From the NCBI GenBank assembly GCA_963718895.1, contig CAVRAG010000008.1, positions 224,001 to 288,000 on the forward strand: a stretch of 64,000 bases of DNA, written 5' to 3'. A program made the position numbers and the translations under genes. The notes beneath the pieces are model-generated. The model made no database searches. It saw nothing but the letters and a program-made list of their open reading frames with translations, and had not been told where the DNA came from. Shown here in pieces: positions 49,114 to 59,990 of the stretch; within the stretch, counting starts at the first letter, position 1, and each line of letters begins with the position of its first letter. Source of the DNA: an uncultured Nitrososphaerota archaeon (lineage in GTDB: Archaea; Thermoproteota; Nitrososphaeria; Nitrososphaerales; Gagatemarchaeaceae).

Positions 49114-50636
49114 TTGCCTGGAAAGGTCTTTCTGGGGAGGAGCGGCGTCGCCGCGACCGAACATCCCCTTGCGTCCATGGCGGCCTGCCGGGCATTGCAG
49201 GCGGGAGGCAACGCCTTCGACGCGGCCGCGGCCGCGAGCTTCGTCCTGGGAGTGACCCAGCCCCAGCTCAGCGGACTCGGTGGGGACTTCTTCGGGCTCT
49301 TCTATCTTGCAAGGGAGAAGAAGGTGTACTGCCTGAACTCGAGCGGGTGGGCCTTCTCGTCGATGACGGTCGAGTCGCTCACGCGGGGGGGTCACAGGAG
49401 CGTCCCGCGCTTCGGCGAGATGAGCGTCACCGTCCCGGGCCACGTCGCGGGGGTCCACGCCATGCAGGAGCGGTTCGGTATCCTTGACTTCGCGCGGTCT
49501 CTGGACGATGCGACGCACCTCGCGGAGGAGGGGTTCCCCGTCGGGGGCGGCCTCGTCAGGTCGCTGGCGACCGCGATGCAGGACCTGTCGGAGGAGGCGA
49601 GGGAGACCTTCGGGGGCGGTGGGATTGCCCCAAGGGTAGGGAGCGTCCTGCGGCAACCACGGCTCGCCAGCACTCTCCGGGAGATAGCGCGGGAGGGGCC
49701 CCCCGGGCTCTATGGCGGCAGGGCCGCCAGATCGATAAGGGAAGCGGTCTCCCGCGCTGGTCCAGAGGCCACCGAGGAGGACCTGGCTTCGTTCGAGCCG
49801 GAGTGGTGCGAGCCGCTCGTCTTGTCCTACAGGGGCGCAGAGGTCTTCGAGGTTCCACCCAACAGCATGGGTGCCACCACGCTACTGATCCTCGAGCTGC
49901 TCAAGACGGTCGACCTCCGCTCCCTAGGCCCCAGCTCGGCCGAGAGGGTGCGCACCATGGTGGACGCCTCCGAGGCGGCGTACGCGGCGAGGGACTCGAG
50001 GCTGGGCGACCCGAGGTTCGTAGGGTTCGAGTCTACGGCGAGTTCCTGAAATCGGAGCGGGGCCGGGGCGTGCAGAGAAGAATCGACCAGGCAGACACCA
50101 CCTACTTCGCCGTGTCCGACCGCGAGGGCAACCTGCTCTCCTGCATACAGAGCCTCTTTCACCACTTCGGCTCCAAGATCTTCGTCGGCGACTGCGGGTT
50201 CTTCCTGAACAACAGGGGCTCAGCCTTCTCGATGGAGGGTCCCAACAGGCTCGCGCCGAGGAAGAGACCGCTGCACACCCTCTCCTCGCTCATCGTGCTC
50301 AGGGACGGAAGGCCGGCGTTCGCCGCCGGGTGCAGCGGGGGCGAGTACAGGCCCCAGCAGCACACGCTCCTCGTCACGAACGTGGTGGACTACTCGATGA
50401 ACCTCGAGCAGGCCATCGACTTCCCGCGGTTCCTCTGGGACGGCCGTGATGAGGTGAGGATAGAGGAAGGGTACGCCGGCCTGGACGGTCGGGCCCCGCG
50501 GCCCAAGGTCATCGGATACCCCGGACCCACGGGGGTCGCCCAGGGAATCGAGGTCATGGAGGAGTGCGTCAAGGGTGTCTGTGACGTAAGGGGTGAAGGG
50601 CTCCCCCTCGGTTCTGAACAAGATTTAAGCTCCTGA
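49114..50636 (+). CDS. ggt: gamma-glutamyltransferase family protein (frameshift near 50032)
   Basis: GGNAFDAA, SGLGGD, PPNSMG, DTTYF, NNRG, KRPLHTL. Confidence 0.9.
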
Positions 50637-50652
50637 CTCGCACCGAGGCGGC

Positions 50653-51792
50653 ATGTCGCTCGACAAACTGAAGGACTCGCCATCTCTCGAGATGATCAAC
50701 CTGGTCTTCGAGATGAAGGCCAAGGGTAAGGAGGTAATCTCGCTCGCGCCCGGGGACCCGTCGTTCGACACGCCGAAAGAGATAGTCGAAGTGGCGCACA
50801 GGTCCATGCTGGAAGGGGGCACACACTACGTCCACTCGTATGGGACGCTCGACGTCAGAGAGGCGATCGTTGAGAAGGTGAAGAGGAAGAACGGGATAAG
50901 GGCAGCCTTGGAGAACTCAATCTTCATCACCGCCAAGATGGCGGTCTTCGCCTCGCTAGCCTCGGTCTCGGGGAGGTCCTACGAGGCCCTGGTCCCTGAC
51001 CCCGGGTACTTCTACTCAGAACCTGTCATCCTGACCGGAGGCCGCCCCGTCCGCTACAAGCTCTCTCCGACATTCGACCTGGACCTCGACGAGATCAAGA
51101 AGAAGACGGGACCCAGGACGAAGGCCATAGTCCTCAACACCCCGTCAAACCCCACCGGCAAGGTCTTCGGGAGGAACCGGCTTCGCGAGCTCTATGACTT
51201 CTGCTATGACAGGGGGATCTACGTACTCAGCGACGAGGCCTACGAGGACCTCGTCTACTCGAAGGAGCACGTCTCCATCGGCTCCCTCGAGAAGAAACCC
51301 GAGAGGGTGCTCTCTCTGTACACGCTCTCCAAGAGCTACTCGATGCCCGGGTGGAGAGCCGGCTACATAGTCGGACCCGAGGACCGCGTGGCACTCGTGA
51401 ACAAGCTCCTGGAGCACACGGTCACGTGCTTCCCACCGTTCATCATGCACGCCTCGGCCTACGCCCTCAACAACGGGGAGAAGTTCGTCCAGAACTTCAA
51501 GAAGGAGTACGTCAAGCGGAGGAACCTCCTCAACGATCGGATGGCAGAGATACCCGCGATGAAGGCCGGCGAGATCGAGGGCTCGTTCTACGCGTTCCCT
51601 GGCTACACACTCGACATGAAGTCCCGCGACCTCTCGAGGAAGCTGCTCCTGTCCCAGAACGTGGCGGTCCTCCCCGGCACGGCCTTCGGCCCCTCTGGAG
51701 AGAAGCACCTGAGGCTCTGCTTCGCTGCCCAGGAGGAGACGATATCCAGGGCCATGGACGGGATGAAGGCATTCTTCGCCGAGAACGGCTGA
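50653..51792 (+). CDS. class I/II PLP aminotransferase (aspartate aminotransferase-like)
   Basis: NTPSNPTG, SDEAY, SKSYSMPGWRAG, GSFYAF. Confidence 0.92.
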   Translation: MSLDKLKDSPSLEMINLVFEMKAKGKEVISLAPGDPSFDTPKEIVEVAHRSMLEGGTHYVHSYGTLDVREAIVEKVKRKNGIRAALENSIFITAKMAVFASLASVSGRSYEALVPDPGYFYSEPVILTGGRPVRYKLSPTFDLDLDEIKKKTGPRTKAIVLNTPSNPTGKVFGRNRLRELYDFCYDRGIYVLSDEAYEDLVYSKEHVSIGSLEKKPERVLSLYTLSKSYSMPGWRAGYIVGPEDRVALVNKLLEHTVTCFPPFIMHASAYALNNGEKFVQNFKKEYVKRRNLLNDRMAEIPAMKAGEIEGSFYAFPGYTLDMKSRDLSRKLLLSQNVAVLPGTAFGPSGEKHLRLCFAAQEETISRAMDGMKAFFAENG

Positions 51793-51810
51793 CACCCGAA
51801 CCCGTGAAGA

Positions 51811-52752
51811 TCAGGCCGAAAATGCCCTGATGGAACGCGAGGCGACGACCAGGGCGACGCCGTCCCGGGACCATGCTATGCATGAGACGCCGAAACCCTC
51901 CAGCCTTAAGAGCAGGGACACCGACCTTCCGTCGAACTTGTAGAGGGCCGTCTCACCCTCGTCCGCCGTCATCGCGCTCGTGCCTATCAGGGCGTAGTCC
52001 CCCGAAGGGTGCCAGGCGCAGGCGGTGGGGAAGATGTTCTCGTTCCCCCAGGCGATCTCTCTCAGGGCCTCGCCATCGTAGATGGCGAGGGATGGAGTGT
52101 GCCAGGTCTGGTCGTACCCGGCGAGGATGCACGACGAACCGTCATTCTTCCAACTCGCGGCGACTAGGTCCGCCCTGCTCTCAGCCAGGGTTGAGACGTC
52201 CTTGAGCGAGCTCTCCTCGAACCGGAACAGGTTCGGAGAGGGTGACAGGCCGCCGACCGAATCGCGGAAGCAGTTCCCGGCGACGAGTGCATAGCCGTCA
52301 CTCGGATGCCATGCGATCGAACGGAGGTGGGTGTCCGCCCCGTGCACCGTCTCGAAAGAGGAGCCTGCCAGGACGTGGGCCTCCCCGTTGTTGCCCACGA
52401 AGAGGACCCTCCCACCCGCGGGGTCCCAGGCGACCCGCCTCAGGTTCTCCCGAACATCCTGCTTGACAACCGAAGCCGTCCCGCCGGTTATGCGGAGCGT
52501 CAGCCCGCTATTCCCGCAGGCCCAGGCGGTCCCCCCGAGCGGGGAGAACTGCGCGCACCTGATGTTCTCTCTCGTCGTTGACTCCAACCGCTCGAACCTA
52601 TCGTCGCGGTAGGCGAGGAGAGTCCCTCGATCCCCGACGACGAAGGCAGAGCCGTCAACGGGGTCCCAGCACGCCCACCGCAGACGACCGGGAGCTTCGA
52701 CCGTCCTCGCTCCGAGCGAGCGCCCGTCGAACGTGAGCACCCTCTGCTTCAT
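51811..52752 (-). CDS. WD40-like beta-propeller protein
   Basis: Repeats LRWACWDP, LRRVAWDP, LRSIAWHP, ACAWHP, CIAWS. Confidence 0.75.
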   Translation of the reverse strand: MKQRVLTFDGRSLGARTVEAPGRLRWACWDPVDGSAFVVGDRGTLLAYRDDRFERLESTTRENIRCAQFSPLGGTAWACGNSGLTLRITGGTASVVKQDVRENLRRVAWDPAGGRVLFVGNNGEAHVLAGSSFETVHGADTHLRSIAWHPSDGYALVAGNCFRDSVGGLSPSPNLFRFEESSLKDVSTLAESRADLVAASWKNDGSSCILAGYDQTWHTPSLAIYDGEALREIAWGNENIFPTACAWHPSGDYALIGTSAMTADEGETALYKFDGRSVSLLLRLEGFGVSCIAWSRDGVALVVASRSIRAFSA

Positions 52753-52812
52753 CTTGGTTCAACGAGCCGGGCTCGCGACTCGGAGCGACGCCCCGTCATG
52801 GGCGAGCTGAGC

Positions 52813-53211
52813 CTACCCCCAGGTCCTGACACGGGTGGGCTCGACGACGAGTAGCACCCGCTTCTCCGTAGGCTTCCGGCCTTGGTATTCCTTGTTTCCT
52901 GTGTACTTGAACGACAGGAAGTCGATGTGGTCGTCTGCCTTCTTGCCCGTGAACTTCTCCACGACCTTGCCGTCGAAGGAGAGGAAGGAGTACGGATTGT
53001 TGGCGTCGCTGACTGCGACGGCGACCCGCGAGTCCCTTGATACGTTCTTCTCCTTCACCCTCCCGATCGCGGTGTTGATCAGTATCTTGGCCCCGTCGGT
53101 ATCCACCCACACCGGGGTCACCTGAGGGGAGCCGTCACGGTTGATCGTTGCGATGAAGGCGAAGTTCTTTCCCTTGAGGAGATCCAACGCCTTCTTGTCC
53201 AGTTTCACCAT
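52813..53211 (-). CDS. PPOX-class F420-dependent oxidoreductase
   Basis: ATINRDGSPQVTPVW, K.KNV.RD.RV, KYTG. Confidence 0.85.
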   Translation of the reverse strand: MVKLDKKALDLLKGKNFAFIATINRDGSPQVTPVWVDTDGAKILINTAIGRVKEKNVSRDSRVAVAVSDANNPYSFLSFDGKVVEKFTGKKADDHIDFLSFKYTGNKEYQGRKPTEKRVLLVVEPTRVRTWG

Positions 53212-53304
53212 ATCAAGGAGCGGGGGCGCGGACCCCGTGATTAACCTTTTTCTTCGTCCCGGAGGGTCAAAGTCTTATCAGAGAGCGGTCTGGACGGGGC
53301 CCTC

Positions 53305-53655
53305 TTGGTCAGGCCTAGGACGGTCGCGCTGAGCGACACCCACGTCACTGTCGAATGGAGCGACGGTCACAGAAGCGTCTTCGCCAACAGGGGCCTGAGA
53401 GAGGCCTGTCCCTGCGCACTCTGCCAGGGAGAGCTCAGCCCTCTCAGCGGATCGAGGTCGTTTCCCATGGTGCCTGACGTGGCGGCGGGTGTGAGGGCGA
53501 CGGAGTATCGGATGGTCGGCCTCTACGCCATCGCCTTCGCCTGGAGCGACGGCCACTCCACGGGCATCTATCCCTACGATTACCTCCTTGAGAGGTGCGA
53601 GTGCGACGCCTGCGCTGTGAAGAGGCGTGAGAGCTTAATACAACCTCGGGAATGA
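53305..53655 (+). CDS. DUF971 family protein
   Basis: WSDGH, LREACPCALC, VGLYA, WSDGHSTGIY. Confidence 0.85.
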   Translation: MVRPRTVALSDTHVTVEWSDGHRSVFANRGLREACPCALCQGELSPLSGSRSFPMVPDVAAGVRATEYRMVGLYAIAFAWSDGHSTGIYPYDYLLERCECDACAVKRRESLIQPRE

Positions 53656-53665
53656 AAAGACGAGT

Positions 53666-56509
53666 TTGTCCGGCACAACAGGTTTTGAGTTTCTCGCCGA
53701 GCCCGTGAGGTCCATCCTGGACGAGATGGGGATTCGCGAGCCGACGCCCCCGCAGGCGGAGGCCTCTCCGCTTGTCGCGAGAGGCGAGAACGTGCTCGTG
53801 ATAGCGCCGACTGGGTCGGGGAAGACCGAGGCTGCGATGCTCCCGCTTCTGAGCCGCCTGGTCAAGGAAGGACATGGAGACGGAATCTCGATAATCTACA
53901 TCACACCGCTCAGGGCCCTGAACAGGGACATGCTGAGGCGGCTCGAGACGTGGTGTTCTCGACTCTCGCTCACGGTCGAGGTGAGGCACGGCGACACGCC
54001 ACTCTCGCAGAGACAGAGGCAGTCCAGGTCGCCTCCGGACCTGCTGGTCACCACACCGGAGACGCTCCAGGCGATACTCCCGGGCGCCAGGATGCGGCGG
54101 AACCTCGCGACCGTCAAGGCGGTCGTGGTCGACGAGCTGCACAACCTGGTCGAGAGCAAGAGGGGCGTCCAGCTCACGGTCGGGCTGGAGAGGTTGAGGA
54201 AGGTCGCCGGAGACTTCCAGCTCGTCGCACTCTCCGCGACGGTCGGCAGCCCCGAGGAGACAGCAGGGTTCATCTTCGGCGAGGCCAGACACAGCATAGT
54301 CAGGGCGTTGGTCCCGAAGGAGTTCAGGTACAGGGTGGAGTACCCGACGCCTGACTCAAACGACAGCGAAATCTCGAGGGAGACCTTCAGCACCATAGAC
54401 CTCGCGGCGCGCCTCTCGCTCATAGACGAGCAGATCGAGTCGCACAAGTCTACCCTCATCTTCGTGAACAGCAGGACGCTGGCGGAGATGCTCGGCGAGA
54501 AGCTCAACAGGCTCAGGGGCGACGTCGGGGTCCACCACGGCTCCCTCCCTCGCGAAGAAAGAGAGAGGGTCGAGAACGCGTTCAAGCAGGGGCAGCTCAG
54601 GGCCCTGGTCTGCACGAGCACGCTCGAGCTCGGGATAGACATCGGCTCGGTCGACCTCGTCCTCCAGTACATGTCGCCGAGGCAGGTGACCTCGCTAATC
54701 CAGCGAGTGGGGAGGTCCGGACACGACCTGCGGCGGACCTCCGAAGGAGTCGTGATCACCGTCTCGGCCGACGACATACTCGAGTCGGCGGCCGCCATAG
54801 AGGAGGCCCGAAGCGGGAGGCTCGAGGAGATGCGGCCGTACCGCAACTCGCTCGACGTCCTGGCACACCAGATCGCCGGGTACCTCATGGACTACGACTC
54901 GATGGAGAGGTCGGACATCCTTGCCGAGGTGAGGAAGGCGCGGCCGTTCAGGGAACTCACCGAGGAGGCGTTCCTGCGGGTCGTCGAGTATCTGGGCCAG
55001 CTCCGAAAGCTCAGGGCTGACGGGACGAAGCTCTCCAGGACGAGGGGGACGCGGGAGTACTACTTCCAGAACCTCTCGACCATCCCGGATGAGACGCGGT
55101 ACTTCGTCGTCGACGTGGCGAACAACCAGACCGTCGGCATTCTCGGGATGGAGTTCGTGCTCCTGCAGGCGAAGGTGGGGCTCCACTTCATCCTGAAGGG
55201 CAGGATCTGGCAGATCGAGAAGATAGCGAACGACAGGAAGATCTACGTCACTTCCGTGGAGGACCCCCTCGCGGCCGTCCCGGGCTGGGACGGGGAGATG
55301 CTCCCCATACCCTGCGGGTTGGCCCAGAAGACAGGCCGCCTGAGGAAGAAGGTCGCGTCAGTGCTCGCGGACAATACTCCCGAGGTCGCTGCGGGACTCC
55401 TGGCATCACAAATCCCCGTGTCGCTGGACGGGACCCGGATGGTGGTCGATGAGATCCACGAGCACCTCCGTCTCGGCTCCCCGCTGCCCAGCGACGACCT
55501 GATCCTCCTGGAGGGGTGGCAGAAGTACCTGATAATCCACTCTTGCTTCGGGGAGAACGTCAACAGGACCCTCGCCTACACCTTCGAGGAGGTGCTTTCC
55601 CGCAAGGGACTGATCCGCCTCTGGTACCTCGACGGATACCGGATAATGATAGAGCTCACGGTCGACTCGTCGGAGGTGGACCTCAGAGGCCTCGGGGAGC
55701 AGCTCTTCGGGATGACCCCTGAGGAGTTCGAGAGGACCTACGCCGTCGCGGCCCAGCGGAACTTCCCATTCCCTGGAAGGGTGAAGGCGATCGCGGAGAG
55801 GTTCGGGGCCCTCAGGAGAGGGCAGTTCATCGCGCATCCGAACCTTTGCTCGCTCCCCACGAGGTTCGAGAACACGCCGGTCTTCGAGGAGGCGCTGCAG
55901 GAGACGGGGAGGGACCTCCTAGACATGAGGAGAGCCAAGGAACTCCTGGTCCAGGTCGCGGGCGGCGGGGTCAGGGTGGAGACCTTCCTCTCGGACGAGA
56001 AGCCCACGCCGATCGCATACCACATCCTTTACCGGTATCTGGACGTGCCCGAGCTGGTCGCGCCCGACTCGCTCGCCAAGACGACGATAGAGAAGATGAA
56101 GCTCAGCATCTACGGCACCTCGATCGATCTGGTCTGCATGAAGTGCGGCCTCGGCCAGGGATTCACAACGATAGGAGAGATGTCCGAGGAGCCACGATGC
56201 GCCTCATGCGGCTCGGGGTTGCTCTCGCCCGCCTTCTGGACGGCCAGTCAGGTGACCAAGTTGATGGTGAGGAAGCTCGCCCGCGACGCTCTGAGCGAAG
56301 ATGAGCGGTCGGAGCTGGCCAAGGCGAGGCGCGCTGCCGACCTGGTCCTCTCCTACGGCAGGAGGGCGATAGTCGCCCAGGCGGTCTACGGCATCGGTCC
56401 GCAGACGGCAGCCAGGATCCTCGCGAAGATGGACGAGGACGAGGAGACCTTCTACCGCGAGTTGCTCGAGGCCAAGCTGAAGTTCATAGAGACCAGGCCG
56501 TTCTGGTGA
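53666..56509 (+). CDS. lhr: Lhr-like SF2 helicase with C-terminal Zn finger
   Basis: APTGSGKT, TPLRALNRD, DELH, HHGSL, TLELGIDIG, QRVGRSGH; CMKC...CASC. Confidence 0.92.
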   Translation: MSGTTGFEFLAEPVRSILDEMGIREPTPPQAEASPLVARGENVLVIAPTGSGKTEAAMLPLLSRLVKEGHGDGISIIYITPLRALNRDMLRRLETWCSRLSLTVEVRHGDTPLSQRQRQSRSPPDLLVTTPETLQAILPGARMRRNLATVKAVVVDELHNLVESKRGVQLTVGLERLRKVAGDFQLVALSATVGSPEETAGFIFGEARHSIVRALVPKEFRYRVEYPTPDSNDSEISRETFSTIDLAARLSLIDEQIESHKSTLIFVNSRTLAEMLGEKLNRLRGDVGVHHGSLPREERERVENAFKQGQLRALVCTSTLELGIDIGSVDLVLQYMSPRQVTSLIQRVGRSGHDLRRTSEGVVITVSADDILESAAAIEEARSGRLEEMRPYRNSLDVLAHQIAGYLMDYDSMERSDILAEVRKARPFRELTEEAFLRVVEYLGQLRKLRADGTKLSRTRGTREYYFQNLSTIPDETRYFVVDVANNQTVGILGMEFVLLQAKVGLHFILKGRIWQIEKIANDRKIYVTSVEDPLAAVPGWDGEMLPIPCGLAQKTGRLRKKVASVLADNTPEVAAGLLASQIPVSLDGTRMVVDEIHEHLRLGSPLPSDDLILLEGWQKYLIIHSCFGENVNRTLAYTFEEVLSRKGLIRLWYLDGYRIMIELTVDSSEVDLRGLGEQLFGMTPEEFERTYAVAAQRNFPFPGRVKAIAERFGALRRGQFIAHPNLCSLPTRFENTPVFEEALQETGRDLLDMRRAKELLVQVAGGGVRVETFLSDEKPTPIAYHILYRYLDVPELVAPDSLAKTTIEKMKLSIYGTSIDLVCMKCGLGQGFTTIGEMSEEPRCASCGSGLLSPAFWTASQVTKLMVRKLARDALSEDERSELAKARRAADLVLSYGRRAIVAQAVYGIGPQTAARILAKMDEDEETFYRELLEAKLKFIETRPFW

Positions 56510-56514
56510 GCCGG

Positions 56515-57108
56515 TCACCCGGCCGTTCTGGAGCCCAGTGCCCGCAGGAAGAACTGTGTTATGAAGCGCTTGGACTTCTCGAGGTCCCTCGACTTTGCGA
56601 AGTGAAACTTCTGGAAGACGACGTTGTTGAGCATGCCGAGGAGGCAGTCCGCCGCGCTCTTCGCGTCGGTCTTGGCGAATTCGCCAGAGGCGACTCCCCG
56701 CCGCACGATCGACTCGGCTACGTCGTGGACCTCGTCGAGCTGCTCGCTTATCCGGGCGGCGACTGCGTGGTCGAGCTTCGCAGTCTCGATCAGGTAGAGA
56801 CCTGGCTCGAAAGCCTCCGTCGGGAAGGAAGAGAGGTAGACGTCGATGAAGGCCGCGGTGCTCCTCGTCGCACCCTTGGCGCTTGACTTGGTGCGCAGCC
56901 GAGCGATGAACTCGCGCATGCTCACCTTCTGGTTCACTGCCGCCTCGAAGAGGCGCTTCTTGTCCTTGAAGTAGTAGTAGATCATCGGGGGCGTCGTGCC
57001 GGCCTCCCTGCAGACGTCCCTTATCGAGACGTTCGCGTACCCCCTCTCGGCGAAGAGTCTCGTCGCGGCCTTCAGTATCACCGCGGAACCGTCCTTGGGC
57101 CTTTGCAC
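56515..57108 (-). CDS. TetR/AcrR family regulator
   Basis: LFAERGYANVSIRDVCREAGTTPPMIYYYFKDK. Confidence 0.92.
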   Translation of the reverse strand: MQRPKDGSAVILKAATRLFAERGYANVSIRDVCREAGTTPPMIYYYFKDKKRLFEAAVNQKVSMREFIARLRTKSSAKGATRSTAAFIDVYLSSFPTEAFEPGLYLIETAKLDHAVAARISEQLDEVHDVAESIVRRGVASGEFAKTDAKSAADCLLGMLNNVVFQKFHFAKSRDLEKSKRFITQFFLRALGSRTAG

Positions 57109-57130
57109 ACCACCCCTTCGATATGTCTAG

Positions 57131-57172
57131 ACTAATTAGTTGCCGTTTTCCAGGATTATCTAACACTCGTTA
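57131..57172. promoter_or_regulatory. possible TetR operator(s) in divergent promoter
   Basis: Palindrome ACTAATTAGT (57131-57140) and TAAC-N4-GTTA (57161-57172). Confidence 0.4.
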
Positions 57173-57211
57173 AACTTTATCTACTGTCGAGGAGGCTCCG
57201 CGGGAACACAG

Positions 57212-57721
57212 ATGGTCTCGGACGCCAGAAGGATCGCCCTCGGGAGTATCTTCGGGGCGGCCATCGTCGCCTTCATCGGCTTCGTCCCCGCTCCGACATC
57301 CGATTTCCTCATAGGCTTCCAGGCGTTCCTCCTTGCAATCAGCTTCCTGGTCGTGGGCAGGGGCGGTGCGACCTACGTCGGCATCGTGAGCGGCCTTCTC
57401 ATCACCCTCGCCAAGGTCTCATTCTTCCCCCTCGACCTCATCTTCGCCGTGTCCTTCGGCGTGATGATCGACGCCCTCTCCCTGGTCTTCAAGGTCAAGT
57501 CGGGATCCGAGGCGAGGACCTGGAGGCTCGTCGCCGTCATGACGATAAGCACGACCCTCGTCGGGTATTTCGCCTACTACGTGACCGCGATCGTGACCGA
57601 CCTTGTCCCAAACGAGCTCATCTTCGATGTCACCGTGCTCGTCTTTGGCGTGGTCAGCGGCGCCGTGGCCGGCTACGCGGCCGCTCTGGTCTGGAACAAA
57701 TATCTGAAGTCCAGGTTCTAG
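57212..57721 (+). CDS. ECF S-component-like membrane protein
   Basis: Small, highly hydrophobic; GGATYVGIVSGLL. Confidence 0.55.
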   Translation: MVSDARRIALGSIFGAAIVAFIGFVPAPTSDFLIGFQAFLLAISFLVVGRGGATYVGIVSGLLITLAKVSFFPLDLIFAVSFGVMIDALSLVFKVKSGSEARTWRLVAVMTISTTLVGYFAYYVTAIVTDLVPNELIFDVTVLVFGVVSGAVAGYAAALVWNKYLKSRF

Positions 57722-57780
57722 CCGTCGGTTCAGCCCGTCCATGCTCTTAAAAGGCCGCGTTCCCGCTCAGGCGCGAACTG

Positions 57781-58881
57781 ATGAAGATCAGGGAGCTGTT
57801 CCGACACTTCGAAGAATACGGATGGGAGACGCCCAGCCGGGAAATCGCGGCGAGGGTCGGCCTAGGGGTGGAGCAGATTGTGAGGCTCGACACGAACACC
57901 TCCCCCTTCAGACCCGAATCCGCGCTCGGCGACCTCGGCCGCGCCCTGGCCAGGATGGACGTCAACGAGTACCCTGACACGTCATACCTCGACCTACGTG
58001 AGGGTCTCTCTAGGTACACGGGGAAGGGTGTGGAGAGGTTTGTGGTAACGAACGGAGCGGATGAGGGGCTCGACATAATCACGAAGGTCTTCCTGGACCC
58101 CGGAGACGAGGTGATCGTTCCGACGCCGACATACGCCATGTACCGGATCGCGTCGAGCATCATGGGGGCGACGGTCGCGAGCGTCCCTCGAAGGAAGGAC
58201 TTTGGCCTGGACGTCGGGGCGATCCTCGAAGCCGTCAGCCCTAAGACCAAGGTCATCTTCCTCTGCAATCCGAACAACCCAACCGGCGACTCGGCTCCGA
58301 TCGAGGAGGTGGAGAGGCTCGTCAGGGAGTCGGGGGTCGCGGTCGCGATAGACGAAGCGTACTTCGAGTATTGCGGCGAGAGCGCCATCGATCTAACCGA
58401 CCGGTTCGAGAACGTGATAGTCTGCAGGACGCTCTCAAAGGCCTTCTCGATGGCTGGCGTCAGGATAGGCTATCTCGCGGCAAAGGCCGAGACCATCTCG
58501 AAGCTCAACGCCGTGAGACCTCCGAACAGCCTTTCAGTGATCTCGCTGTTCCTGGGGCAGTCGGCCCTGGCGCATCAGGACGAGATGCGGAGGAACGTCG
58601 AGTCGACGATACAGGAGAGGGGCAGGCTCATGGAGATGCTACGGAAGGTCCGCGGGATCGAGGCCTACCCCAGTCAGACAAACTTCGTCCTCTTCCGAAT
58701 CCAGGACGGCGATGCGAACGCCGTACACGGGAGACTCATGGGAAAGGGCCTCGTACTCAGGAACCTCAGCAGGACCAAGGGCGTCGAGAACTGCCTCAGG
58801 ACGACCGTCGGCACGCCTGACGTCAACGATAGACTCGTCGCGGAGCTCGAAGCCGCACTCGGGCAGAGACGGGAGCGCTAG
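57781..58881 (+). CDS. hisC: histidinol-phosphate aminotransferase
   Basis: LDTNTSP, NGADE, CNPNNPTG, DEAY, RTLSKAFSMAGVRIGY, RTTVG. Confidence 0.9.
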   Translation: MKIRELFRHFEEYGWETPSREIAARVGLGVEQIVRLDTNTSPFRPESALGDLGRALARMDVNEYPDTSYLDLREGLSRYTGKGVERFVVTNGADEGLDIITKVFLDPGDEVIVPTPTYAMYRIASSIMGATVASVPRRKDFGLDVGAILEAVSPKTKVIFLCNPNNPTGDSAPIEEVERLVRESGVAVAIDEAYFEYCGESAIDLTDRFENVIVCRTLSKAFSMAGVRIGYLAAKAETISKLNAVRPPNSLSVISLFLGQSALAHQDEMRRNVESTIQERGRLMEMLRKVRGIEAYPSQTNFVLFRIQDGDANAVHGRLMGKGLVLRNLSRTKGVENCLRTTVGTPDVNDRLVAELEAALGQRRER

Positions 58882-58926
58882 ACTTATCAGCAGTCGGCGG
58901 CAGCGGGCGAAACCAGGGTTCGGGTA

Positions 58927-59385
58927 TTGGAGAGAGGAGAGGTAGCGATTGTCGCGGGCCAGTTCGCAGCACTCGCGCTCGTGGTCATCCTCCTGGGGAA
59001 TTACGCGGGGGTGGGCGGACTCAGCGCCTCGTCGACCGGTATTGCCAGCGTCTACTGGGGTCCGGCCTCGGCCAACGCACCCCTCCAGAAGAACCTGCTC
59101 AACATCGAGCCGGCGAACGTCAGCATCATCTCGGTCTACTACACCCTCGCTCAGGGGACCAAGGTCGAGAGCGTGGGCGCCTCGAGACTCTGCGTGCTCG
59201 CAAACGGCACCGGACTGGAGCACGTCTACGCGAACCTCACGCTGAGCACGGATGCCGCGAAGAAGGCGTACTTCACCTTCGGATCCACCGCTCAGCCCTC
59301 GGGGTGGACCTGCGGTTACACCATCACTCTGACGGACAACCTTCAGCAGGTGACCATGTGGGTCACGTCCGTGAAGACCAAGTGA
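58927..59385 (+). CDS. hypothetical protein with N-terminal hydrophobic anchor
   Basis: Hydrophobic N-terminus then beta-rich Ser/Thr domain with two Cys and N-x-S/T sequons. Confidence 0.6.
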   Translation: MERGEVAIVAGQFAALALVVILLGNYAGVGGLSASSTGIASVYWGPASANAPLQKNLLNIEPANVSIISVYYTLAQGTKVESVGASRLCVLANGTGLEHVYANLTLSTDAAKKAYFTFGSTAQPSGWTCGYTITLTDNLQQVTMWVTSVKTK

Positions 59386-59436
59386 GCGGTCGCACCGAGC
59401 CGAAGTCATAAATAACTGCGGGAGGCTTTGTGGAAC

Positions 59437-59904
59437 ATGGCAGACGCGAGCCTCCAGGACAGGTATGCGCCCAGGAGCGTCTGCTTTGGGTGCGGACCGG
59501 CCAACGAGGAAGGCCTCAGGATCAAGAGCAGGGTGGAGGGAGAGGAGGTCGTCTGCGACTGGAGGCCGGAACCTTGGCACCACGCCTTCGAGGGCATCCT
59601 CAACGGCGGGATAACGGGCACGGTTCTCGACTGCCACAGCAACTGGGCGGCGGTCCACGCGATGATGAAAAGGGACGGGACAGAGACACCGCCTCCGACC
59701 GTCACGGCTGAGTTCACGGTCAAGATGCTCCGGCCGACCCCGATGAATACGACTCTGCACCTGAGGGCGAAGGTCAAGGAGCTCAGGGGCAGGAGGGCGG
59801 TCGTCGAGGCCAGCCTCGAGGCCGAGGGCACCCTGAGGGCGACGTTCACGGGGACCTTCGTTGCCGTGAATGAGGGACACCCAGCATACTCCCGGTGGCG
59901 CTAG
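59437..59904 (+). CDS. PaaI family (hotdog) thioesterase
   Basis: CFGCGPANEEGL, LNGGITGTVLDCH, VTA....LRPTP. Confidence 0.88.
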   Translation: MADASLQDRYAPRSVCFGCGPANEEGLRIKSRVEGEEVVCDWRPEPWHHAFEGILNGGITGTVLDCHSNWAAVHAMMKRDGTETPPPTVTAEFTVKMLRPTPMNTTLHLRAKVKELRGRRAVVEASLEAEGTLRATFTGTFVAVNEGHPAYSRWR

Positions 59905-59990
59905 GCCGTCGCAATTGTCCGTCCTCGGACAAGGGAGGTTGCCGCCAGGAAGGAAACGTTTAGAACTCGGTCCCGCCGACTCGGCCGAGG